Virus record (IMG/VR): IMGVR_UViG_3300036793_000104
Location: 1 to 62,034 of that record
Reading direction: 5' to 3' (one strand)
DNA length: 62,034 nt
From: a virus
Lineage: Duplodnaviria; Caudoviricetes
The position numbers were made by a program, and so were the translations under genes. A model generated the notes under the pieces. That model saw only the letters and a program-made list of their open reading frames with translations. It ran no database searches and was not told the origin of the DNA. The first letter of the stretch is position 1; each line of letters opens with the position of its first letter. Shown one piece after another: positions 54,326-62,034 of this stretch.

Positions 54326-54883
54326 ATGCACGCACTGCGGCGCTACCTGCTACAGGAGCTGGATTCCCGCGGTTGGCAGCCTCGAGATCTCGTGGTGAGG
54401 TCGGGGCTTAGCAAGCAGCGGGTAAGCCAGCTACTCAACGACGACCGAGAGGTCATGCCTCAGCTCCCCCGCACGTCGACTCTGGGAGCCTTGGCGCAGG
54501 CGTTCAATGTGCCGTTGACCCACATCACGTCGGTCGCGATCGAGGCGCTCGGGGTGCCGGGGGTGCTCGGGCCGAAGGTCGTTCATCAGGTCCGGGAAGC
54601 GGATGACGAGACTCTGCTGCGGGAGCTGCTGCGGAGAGCCATCGACCGAGATGAGGAGCAACCGCCGGCGCCGGTCGCGATCAACGGCCGGAGGGACCCT
54701 GAGGTCTTGGCTGCCGAGCTCGATGCAGCTGTGAAGGATCTGGAGGAGTGGGTCGCGTTGGATCTTGGCGAGCCGGGCGAGGCGAAGCGGGCGGAGTTGC
54801 AGGCGCGTGTGGATGCGCTGCGGGCGCAGCTAGTTTCGTCACGGTCGGCAACAGTTTCGGACAGAAATGTATCCGGATCGTGA
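54326..54883 (+). CDS. CI-like immunity repressor
   Basis: N-terminal XRE HTH (GW..RDL..RSGLSKQRVSQLL), divergent from cro and upstream of int. Confidence 0.82.
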   Translation: MHALRRYLLQELDSRGWQPRDLVVRSGLSKQRVSQLLNDDREVMPQLPRTSTLGALAQAFNVPLTHITSVAIEALGVPGVLGPKVVHQVREADDETLLRELLRRAIDRDEEQPPAPVAINGRRDPEVLAAELDAAVKDLEEWVALDLGEPGEAKRAELQARVDALRAQLVSSRSATVSDRNVSGS

Positions 54884-55031
54884 CGTGCTGGGCGGTAGCG
54901 CTTTCGCAACATCGAACGATCAATTAGTGACCAGACACCGGCCGGGTTCCTCAGCGGATGCCACCGGAGAACGCACCAGCCGATGTCTGGCGAAACTATC
55001 TAACGAGCGTGGTGGGGAAAGGTGACGCACG

Positions 55032-55340
55032 GTGGCAAGATCGCTCAAGTGGGGGAGTAAGACGGTGATCGTCCCGTTGTATGTAGCGGCGGGACTCCTG
55101 GGGGTCGCGGATGCAGTGCTGCCCTTCAAGCAGTTCGACCGGACAGGCCTGTACATGCTGCTCCTGGCCGTGACTGCGCACATCCTGAGCCGGATGGACC
55201 AGCGGACGGACGCGGTGAAGAAGAAGATCGACCATTCGGTCGGCGACGTGTACGAGGCCGGCAGCCGGTCTGAGCGGCGCCGGATCGAGCTCGAGGCCCA
55301 GCCGACGGCCAAGGTTCGGCATCTGGTGCCGCGACGATAA
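55032..55340 (+). CDS. Two-TM membrane protein between repressor and integrase
   Basis: GAAAGG RBS; two hydrophobic segments. Confidence 0.65.
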   Translation: MARSLKWGSKTVIVPLYVAAGLLGVADAVLPFKQFDRTGLYMLLLAVTAHILSRMDQRTDAVKKKIDHSVGDVYEAGSRSERRRIELEAQPTAKVRHLVPRR

Positions 55341-55483
55341 TGAAGACTCCGGCGGGGCTCCCGGCTGCGGGTAACAACCAGGAGCCCCTACCGGTGAGAC
55401 GTCGGCAGGGGCGGATTATGATGCTGTCGGCAACGATTTCTTGGCCGTGCGTGTTGGGGTGCCCTGCCGGTAAAGTGTTGTAG

Positions 55484-56629
55484 ATGGGCCACGTTCAGGA
55501 TCTGTGGATGAAGAAGGGTCCGGACGGGAAGAAGACTGTCCGGTCGGCTCGGTACGGCCTGGGCAAGCGGTGGCAGGCGAGGTGGATCGATCCGCTCGGC
55601 GACGAGCAGACGAAGATGTTCACCGCGCAGGATGCCGCGAGGGCTCACGTCACGAGGATGGAAGCGAGTGTCCATTCGGGTAGTTACGTCGACCCGAAGA
55701 AGGGCAAGGTTGCGTTCCGGGAGTACGCCGAACGGTGGCGCGCTGACCAGCTCCATCATCGCCGCTCGACCGCGGTGCAGGCCGAGTCCAGGTTGCGGCT
55801 GCATGTCTATCCGATGCTCGGTGCGAAGCCGATCGCGTCGATCCGGCGGCCCCAGGTGCAGGCGTGTGTCAACGAGATGGCGAAGACGCTTGCCCCGACG
55901 ACCGTCGAGGTGGTGTACGGGTACATCGCGACGGTGATGAAGTCGGCGGTGCTCGACGAGGTCATCGGGAAGACGCCGTGCGTGAAGATCAACCTGCCGG
56001 AGATCAGCCGGAAGAAGGTTGTCCCGTTGACGGTCGAGCAGGTCGAGCGGATCTGCCGGAAGGTGCCGGCCAGGTACCGGGCTGCTGTGATCGTGTGTGC
56101 GGCGACCGGGCTGCGGCAGGGCGAGTTGTTCGGTCTGAAGATGGAGCACGTCGAGGGGGCGTGCGACAGCGTGGTGTTGCGGGTCGAGGAGCAGGTCGAC
56201 GGCGGCGCACCGAAGACGGAGTCAGGTGAACGCAGGGTCGCGATCGGGCTGGTCGCGTCGAGGGCGCTGTGGAGGCATCTCGCGACTTACCGGGAGGGGA
56301 TCGGCGGGTACGTGTTCTCGACGCCGCGGCGGACCCGGATCTCCAGGTCGACGGCCGCGTTCTTGTGGAACGCGGCGACCGAGGGCATGGGGTTGAAGGA
56401 CCGGTCGGGGTGGCACGAGTTGCGGCATCATCATGCGTCGCTGCTGATCTCGGCTGGCCTGTCTGTGGTGGCTGTTGCGGAGCGGTTGGGGCACAAGGAC
56501 GGGACGGAGACGCTGCGGACGTACGGGCATCTGTGGCCGACGGATCATGAGCGGGCTGTGGCTGCGGTGGATGCTGCGCTGGCCGGGTTGAGCATGTCTG
56601 ACGGAACGGTGACGGAACGCGCAGCTTAA
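55484..56629 (+). CDS. int: Tyrosine integrase
   Basis: N-terminal arm-binding RWQARW.DP.G, TGLRQGE, PKT, HELRH, LGH, LRTYGH. Confidence 0.95.
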   Translation: MGHVQDLWMKKGPDGKKTVRSARYGLGKRWQARWIDPLGDEQTKMFTAQDAARAHVTRMEASVHSGSYVDPKKGKVAFREYAERWRADQLHHRRSTAVQAESRLRLHVYPMLGAKPIASIRRPQVQACVNEMAKTLAPTTVEVVYGYIATVMKSAVLDEVIGKTPCVKINLPEISRKKVVPLTVEQVERICRKVPARYRAAVIVCAATGLRQGELFGLKMEHVEGACDSVVLRVEEQVDGGAPKTESGERRVAIGLVASRALWRHLATYREGIGGYVFSTPRRTRISRSTAAFLWNAATEGMGLKDRSGWHELRHHHASLLISAGLSVVAVAERLGHKDGTETLRTYGHLWPTDHERAVAAVDAALAGLSMSDGTVTERAA

Positions 56630-56833
56630 ACGTGCAGGTCAGGGGCTTGTGGGACTGTGTCCGGCTTACATGACCGACCCGTTCCTTTTGCACGCTCGGC
56701 ACGCTGCAATGTGGCCGTGACCAGCCTGAACGCCATGCGACGGGACACTACTGGACGCGATAGCGCGTGATGGCGCGGACGGAATTTACGCGGAACGTCC
56801 GAGTCGTGACGGAACCGGGACGGAACACGGAAC
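56599..56833. other. attP region with arm-type repeats
   Basis: ACGGAAC-core direct repeats at 56601, 56612, 56809, 56820, 56827 and variants at 56779 and 56790, flanking a ~160-bp interval right after int. Confidence 0.7.
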
Positions 56834-56841
56834 GGGTCAGG

Positions 56842-56870
56842 TTGCCTTGTTGCAACAAGGCACCTACTCT
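56842..56870 (+). promoter_or_regulatory. Promoter with perfect 20-bp palindromic operator
   Basis: TTGCCT-17 bp-TACTCT, 6 bp before ATG56877; TGCCTTGTTGCAACAAGGCA at 56843-56862. Confidence 0.8.
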
Positions 56871-56876
56871 CGACCC

Positions 56877-57128
56877 ATGGGCCACCACGAACCGCGCACC
56901 GCAGCCGATGAGATCGCTGAGGCGAAGGCGAAGCTTGATGCCGCGTTCGCCGAGATGGAGACCTGGCGTACCCACCTGGACATCATGGCGAAGAACCCGC
57001 AGGACCGCGAGGCGGTGGCCTTCCAGGCTCGCCGCTCGGCCGGGATCGTCGCGGCCCTGATCGCGGAAGCCGAGTCCGGTACGCGCGTGGCCGAGCGGCT
57101 ACAGGCTCAGCTGACCGTCGTCTCGTAG
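56877..57128 (+). CDS. Small helical protein, probably leaderless
   Basis: 83-aa ORF downstream of the promoter; overlaps the 3' end of GntR copy 2. Confidence 0.65.
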   Translation: MGHHEPRTAADEIAEAKAKLDAAFAEMETWRTHLDIMAKNPQDREAVAFQARRSAGIVAALIAEAESGTRVAERLQAQLTVVS

Positions 57129-57931
57129 TGCAGTGCATGCCCGGCCATCGGGGCAATCACGCGTGACACCTCGACCGGGTTTCCGTCGACGCTGAACACG
57201 CGGACGATGTCCCACACGACCGGTGTGGGCGCGGTCAGGTTGAGCAGGCGCCGTTCGGTCGGGTTGGGTAGCCGGCCGACCGCGGTCTCGTCGACGTGCA
57301 GGACCGAGCCGTCGGGGATGAGTCCGGCGTCGTACAGCTCGGCGAGGGTGCCGCCCGGGTAGGGCTGGACGGTCGGGTCTGCGAGGACCTTGCCTTTGGC
57401 GATCTTCATCGGTACGGCGGATCGCTGGATCTGGATGGGTTCGCCGGCGAGTCGTTTCACCATGCGGCGACGCATGATCTTTGTTCCGGTTTTGATGCCG
57501 AGGTAGGCCGCGTCGGTTTCGGTCGCGGTCTCTTCGTCGTATTCGAGCGGGTCGACGGTGTACTCGTCCCATTCGGCGCCGTGGTCGGTGACGAAGGCGG
57601 TGGTGTCGCGTTGGCCGGCTCGTAGTTGGGTGAGTTGTTCGGCGTACCGGTTGGTGGACATGTGCCGGACGGGTATGGCGGGCGCGACGATGGTGGGTCG
57701 GCCTTGGGATCGGATGATGAGGCCTTCGTTGACGAGGATGGCGAGGGCTCGGCCGACGGTGGCGCGGTCGATGTTGATGGCGTTGGCGATGTCGTTCTCG
57801 CTGGGGACGCGGTCGCCGGGGTTGAGGTCGCCGGTTGCGATGGCTTGCCGGATGTGGTCGGCGAGTTGGTCGCGCATGGGCGGGTGGGGGGCGACCTGGG
57901 TGAGCGTCTGCTTGGAGAGCTTGAGGGCCAT
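57107..57931 (-). CDS. GntR/HutC-family (UTRA) repressor, KorSA-like (copy 2)
   Basis: QLADHIRQAI..G.L.PGDRVPSE...RATV.RAL..L.NEGLI.R.QG plus UTRA domain; shares QP.PGGT.AEL and PVE.SRVI.P with copy 1. Confidence 0.9.
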   Translation of the reverse strand: MALKLSKQTLTQVAPHPPMRDQLADHIRQAIATGDLNPGDRVPSENDIANAINIDRATVGRALAILVNEGLIIRSQGRPTIVAPAIPVRHMSTNRYAEQLTQLRAGQRDTTAFVTDHGAEWDEYTVDPLEYDEETATETDAAYLGIKTGTKIMRRRMVKRLAGEPIQIQRSAVPMKIAKGKVLADPTVQPYPGGTLAELYDAGLIPDGSVLHVDETAVGRLPNPTERRLLNLTAPTPVVWDIVRVFSVDGNPVEVSRVIAPMAGHALHYETTVS

Positions 57932-57987
57932 GGCTCGATGCTACGGGACTTGTTGCCTTTTTTGAACAACTTCGTCTCTGCTTGTTG

Positions 57988-58003
57988 ACTTGTTGCAACA
58001 AGT
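57988..58003. promoter_or_regulatory. Palindromic operator upstream of GntR copy 2
   Basis: Perfect ACTTGTTGCAACAAGT; half-sites at 57948 and 57981. Confidence 0.8.
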
Positions 58004-58050
58004 GGAGCAGGGTGGATCTATCACCACCGGATGCCACTGGGGAGACAGCA

Positions 58051-58218
58051 ATGAGCCAGGAAGACAAGCGGTACGCGATCGTGAACAGGTACGACGGGAC
58101 GTGGCGCGTGTACGACAACGTCGACGACCTGGCGCTGCCGGTCCCGCACAAGAGCAAGAAGGCGGCCCAGGCCGCCGCGGACCGGTACAACGAGCGCGCC
58201 GCGAAGGCCACGTCGTGA
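58051..58218 (+). CDS. Small hypothetical protein
   Basis: GGGGAG RBS; MSQEDKRY... Confidence 0.65.
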   Translation: MSQEDKRYAIVNRYDGTWRVYDNVDDLALPVPHKSKKAAQAAADRYNERAAKATS

Positions 58219-58436
58219 ACACGCCCGCGACCGCTGAGCGTCGGAACGTGCGGGTCTGGTTCGGCAGCCACGTGATCGCGAACTACACCGCGGAGCCCGA
58301 GTTGGCGGAGCGGTACGCGGTCGCGATGGGTCGCCGGTTCGCCGGCCTGAAGGTCACGAACGAGGCCGTGCCGTTGGTCGCGCCGGCCACGTTGCCGTTG
58401 CCGTCTGAGCGGCTGTGGGGTTTGCCGCCCCTCTAG
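58215..58436 (+). CDS. Small hypothetical protein
   Basis: GTGA overlap; VRVWFGSHVIA.Y.AEP.LA.RYA.AM.RRF.GL. Confidence 0.65.
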   Translation: MNTPATAERRNVRVWFGSHVIANYTAEPELAERYAVAMGRRFAGLKVTNEAVPLVAPATLPLPSERLWGLPPL

Positions 58437-58496
58437 ACCGGTCAGGGCGTCGGTGCATCCTCACCCCCCTCGCCCGGCGTCCTGGCCGCTCCACTC

Positions 58497-58541
58497 GCGC
58501 CCCCGGTTCCCGTTCCTCCCCGGGAATTGGGGGCGCTTCTT
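58497..58541 (+). terminator. Intrinsic terminator
   Basis: GCGCCCCCGGTTCCCG / CGGGAATTGGGGGCGC stem followed by TTCTT. Confidence 0.75.
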
Positions 58542-58585
58542 GCAACACTCCCGTCAGTTATCACTACACATGAGAGAAGGACCTG

Positions 58586-60539
58586 ATGAGCGACACCCGA
58601 CCGACCGGCGAGGACCTGGCCGATCAGATCCAGCGCCACGCCTACGACCCGAACTTCGTCGCGGGGTTCCTGGCCAACTTCGTCGCCGTGGTCGCTGACG
58701 AGCAGACGGAGCGGCCGGCGCACGTCGCGGCGCGCGAGGCGCTGGAGGCGCTGGCTGACTTCGACACGTTCACCGCGGATGTCCCGGCGGCGAAGCGATG
58801 AGCAACGACAGCCTGCGGGCCGCGCTGGAGAAGCTGCTCGGGGAGCGGAGTTGGTCGCTGACCGCAGGGGATGTGCGCCGGGTGCTCGATGAGGACCGTT
58901 GGGCCGCCCATCCTGCCGAGTCGGTACCGGTCGCTGACCGGGAATCGCTGGAATCGCTGATCGCTGACGAACTGGCGAACTGGGTGGAAGACGGCCCTCG
59001 TGCGCGGCGGGCGGTCGCGAAGGCGCTCGTGGCGGCCCTGCTCGCTGCTGGCGTGTTCCGTTCCGAGGTTGAGGATGCCACCAGCAACGAAGCCCCGATC
59101 GTGTTCCCCCCGCTGGGTTCAGGCCACAGCCACGATGATTCCCGGGCGCTGCCGGTCGATGGCTGCCCCCGGTGCGCCGAACTCACCCGGATTGCAGACG
59201 CCGCAGGCCGGAAGGCCGCGCAGGAGGTCCGAGCCAGTAAGCGCGCCAATGAGATGGAGGGCAAGTCGTGAGCGAGAACTGGCGCAGGCGGACGCTGCCA
59301 GACGGCCGGGTGGCTGAGTTCCTCGGCGCCGAATGGGAGCCCGACGACGGCACCGAACCGCCGGGGACGATCCGGATTCGCGTGCACTACACGGTCGGCG
59401 GACAGGCGAGCAGCAAGGTCGTGCTCCTGTCCAGCGCCGACTTGGAGGCTAGGCGATGAGCGACAAGGTGGAGATCCCCGACGCAGTCGTTGAGGCGGCT
59501 TCGATGGCTGCTTGGAACGCGTCTCCGGCGGGGGATCTGATCCTGTGGCCGCCGACAATGGAGGGGAATGCGCGGCAGGTTCGCGCGGAGATCCGCGCCG
59601 CTCTGGAGGCCGCTCTCCCGCTGCTGCCCGCCTCTGGTGGACCCGCTGTCGCCGAGCGGAGGCCGCTTTCGGAGGCGCTGGACGAGTGGCCTGAGGTCGA
59701 GGGCACGTTCGATGAGGTGCTGGAGTCGGCCGCCGCCGCGCGTCTCAGTGGTCCCGCTGTCGATCGGTACCGGCTGGCGTGGCTGTCCACTCGTCGTCGT
59801 GCTGCCTACGCGTCGAAGGCGTTCTTTGCTGAGGCCGCCGCTGCGAACGAACTGGAAGCGCAGCCCGTTGTCGATCGACAGGTGATCGAACGGGTGCTGC
59901 GGGACCGGATCGACGGGAGCGACGCAGTGATCAACAGCCTGACAGCCGCTCTTGTCGCGGCTCTCACCGAACCCCACCCGGTGAACTCGGACCTACACCA
60001 CTGCACGGGTTGTGGTGCTGCCGTGATCGGCCGGGAGACCTGTGGTGACCCGTCCCGACCGGAGTGCGCGGCTCTCACCGAACAGCCGAAGGAGGACGAG
60101 AAGTGAGCGAGGACGTCGAGTACATCGAGGCCGCCGAGGAACGGACCTGCGACTGTGGGACGCCCCTCAGGAATGGCCATTGGTGCGGCACCTGCCGCCA
60201 GAATATCTGGGAGATCCGCCGATGACACCCGCCGGCGAGCTCCTTGCTGCCGCTGACCGTGTGGAAGCACTGGCAGGAGCAGCCACCGAAGGACCGTCCT
60301 ACCAGGGGGTGTTGATCGGTGAGTTCAGCGCCGAGCCCAAGCAGTGCGGTGACGAGCACTTGCCGGGCTGCTGGAATGACGTCCTGGACCGTACCTGGTG
60401 CATCTGCGGTGAGCAGACCTGGGACGGCGATCAGGGCAGCTGGCATTCGCGTCAGTTGTGGTCGACGGCTGGCCAGGGTGCGGAACTGCTCGGGTATGAC
60501 CTGTACTACCTGCCGCCGCACGACCACACCGCTTGTTGA
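58586..60539 (+). other. Operon of six small phage-type hypothetical genes
   Basis: Coupled ORFs 58586..58801, 58798..59271, 59268..59459, 59456..60106, 60103..60225, 60222..60539. Confidence 0.65.
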
Positions 60540-60554
60540 ACCGCTTCAACCACC

Positions 60555-60582
60555 TGTATTGATAATCCCTCTTATCTTGCGA
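60555..60582. other. dif-like recombination site candidate
   Basis: TGTATTGATAA-TCCCTC-TTATCTTGCGA in an AT-rich intergenic gap. Confidence 0.4.
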
Positions 60583-60616
60583 AACCCCCTGATTTTGAAC
60601 GAGAAACGGAGTCCGA

Positions 60617-61223
60617 ATGAGGTATGCAGTAGAGCTGGGCGACGACGAGGCCAGGGCCATCGTCTACGACCTCCGCAACGACGGCAGCGACCTGGAGAAG
60701 GCCGTCGCCGATCAGATCGCGAAGCAGTTGCCGACCCCGCCCCCGGCCGAGCCGAGCGGCGACTGTGTCGTCTTCGTGCGGGACCAGTGGCCGCCATTCG
60801 TGAGGGGCGACGACGGCGGGTGGGACAACCGGGATGGCTACAGCTTCGGTGGGTGGGAGCAGTTCACCAACTACTTCAAGCGTGGCGGCGAGTTCGTCAT
60901 CTACCGACCGGAGGGGACCGATGCCTGAGACCACGACCTCCCGGAGCATCGCGTTCTGGCGCGACTGGGATAAGCGGCATCCGTACGTGATCGCAACGAC
61001 CCGGACCGAGGACGCTGCTGCGCCGATCGAGCTCATCCGGCGGTACTCCGATGATTCCGGCGATGAGGTGTTGGTGTCGCTGACCCGTGAGGAGTGGGCC
61101 GAGCTGATCGGGTTCGTTGGTGAGCACGCCGGCGCACCGGTACCAACCGGCCTCGTGTGCAGCAATTGCGACGGGGACGAGTTCTTCTGCGGAGCGTGCG
61201 GAATCCGACGGGAGAACGTCTGA
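60617..61223 (+). other. Two hypothetical genes (60617..60928, 60921..61223)
   Basis: RBS-preceded overlapping ORFs. Confidence 0.65.
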
Positions 61224-61597
61224 TGCCCCGCCTGATGAGTGTTGCCTTTACTGAAGATGCTGTGCGCCGCCGGGCGAAGACCGTGACCCGCCGCAAGGGC
61301 TGGCTGTTCCTGAAGCCCGGCGACCGGCTGACCCTGTGCCGCAAGGTGATGGGCCGGAAGAAGGGTGAGCCGCTGGTGCGGATCGTCGACGTGCAGGTCG
61401 TGTCAGTTCGGCGCGAGCCGCTGAGCGCGCTCACGATGGACCTGACGTACGGGCAGAACGAGGTGTCCTACGAGGGGTTCCCGGACATGTCGCCGGAGGA
61501 CTTCGTCGACGAGTTCTTCGTCAAGGCGCAGCGCATGCACGTCGAGGACGTGGTGACCCGGGTCGAGTGGCGCTATCTGGATGAGGTGGCCGAGTGA
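61223..61597 (+). CDS. ASCH-like domain protein
   Basis: K.VTRR.GW..LKPGD, EGFP.M.P..FV, VTRVE..Y. Confidence 0.75.
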   Translation: MPRLMSVAFTEDAVRRRAKTVTRRKGWLFLKPGDRLTLCRKVMGRKKGEPLVRIVDVQVVSVRREPLSALTMDLTYGQNEVSYEGFPDMSPEDFVDEFFVKAQRMHVEDVVTRVEWRYLDEVAE

Positions 61598-61700
61598 CCG
61601 GGTTTCTGATCGCTCTCACCAACGGCCGCGGCAGTGGTGTTTGTGGTGGCGTGGATCGCGCGGGAGCGGCTCGTGAAGCGTGCCCGAGGGGACGCGGGCG

Positions 61701-62034
61701 ATGAGTGACGAGCGTGTGCAGTACGACGGGGCCGAGCTCGACGAGATCCTCGCTGAGAACGTCACCGTGCATATCGAAGGCATGGACGCACACCATTGGA
61801 TGGTCAGGATCTGGCGGCCGGCTCGCTGGACGAAGGGTGTGCTGACACGCACCGCGGTCAACCTTCACCTGTCGGCCAGCGACGTGTTCGAGGTCGAAGA
61901 CACCGAAGGTCTGCCGGTGATCCAGCGGGAAGCGATCGCCTGGTGTCACGAGTGGACCGACCGCCGAGGCCGGAGGCACCAGTGCTACTCGCGGCCTCAC
62001 GAGGAAGGCACGCGGCACCGGTGCAGCTGCGGCA
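61701..62034 (+). CDS. Hypothetical protein spanning the circular junction (ends at TGA 193-195)
   Basis: MSDERVQYDG... stays in frame through the overlap to ...WEKP*, 119 aa. Confidence 0.7.
   Translation, partial: MSDERVQYDGAELDEILAENVTVHIEGMDAHHWMVRIWRPARWTKGVLTRTAVNLHLSASDVFEVEDTEGLPVIQREAIAWCHEWTDRRGRRHQCYSRPHEEGTRHRCSCG
61866..62034. repeat. Terminal direct repeat, right copy
   Basis: 168/169 identical to 1-169. Confidence 0.97.

Noticed and set aside
58215-58436. Host assignment to Kribbella-like actinomycetes from recollection of similar small genes beside GntR regulators
   Set aside because: Memory only; it needs a database search, so only an actinomycete host is claimed.
1-62034. 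CRISPR array, reverse transcriptase/DGR, transposase, rRNA or canonical tRNA
   Set aside because: No repeat-spacer periodicity, no RT or DDE motifs and no complete tRNA invariants were seen by eye.

Overview
The window looks like the complete, circularly permuted genome (about 61.9 kb; 169-bp end overlap with one synonymous SNP) of a high-GC temperate siphovirus of an actinomycete. Phage modules on the minus strand: lysis (10.2-12.7 kb), tail (12.7-22.9 kb), head and packaging (22.9-33.5 kb), three fibre/depolymerase-like genes upstream of the terminase (33.5-37.3 kb), and early/middle genes (37.5-54 kb: TerS-like, Gp37/68, replication initiator with an AT-rich origin candidate, adenine and cytosine methyltransferases, RuvC-like, RecT/YqaJ, Xis, Cro). 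A CI-like repressor, a tyrosine integrase and an apparently intact attP follow at 54.3-56.9 kb. The most unusual part is the other arm. Between the early right-arm genes and the lysis cassette lies a Streptomyces-plasmid/AICE-type dsDNA transfer module (3.2-9.4 kb): a KorSA-like GntR-UTRA repressor with its own palindromic operator, Spd-like membrane genes, an SpdA/DUF2637-like gene, a TraB-like FtsK/SpoIIIE translocase and clustered 12-mer repeats that could be clt/sps sites. It is followed by hicAB. A second KorSA-like GntR with a different operator sits beside attP, and there is a second Xer-like recombinase, a stand-alone core-binding-domain gene and a dif-like site. I found no AICE Rep gene and no att repeats bounding the module, so the working hypothesis is a phage that can spread both as a virion and by TraB-mediated cell-to-cell transfer. 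All family assignments come from motif recognition by eye; no database search was run.
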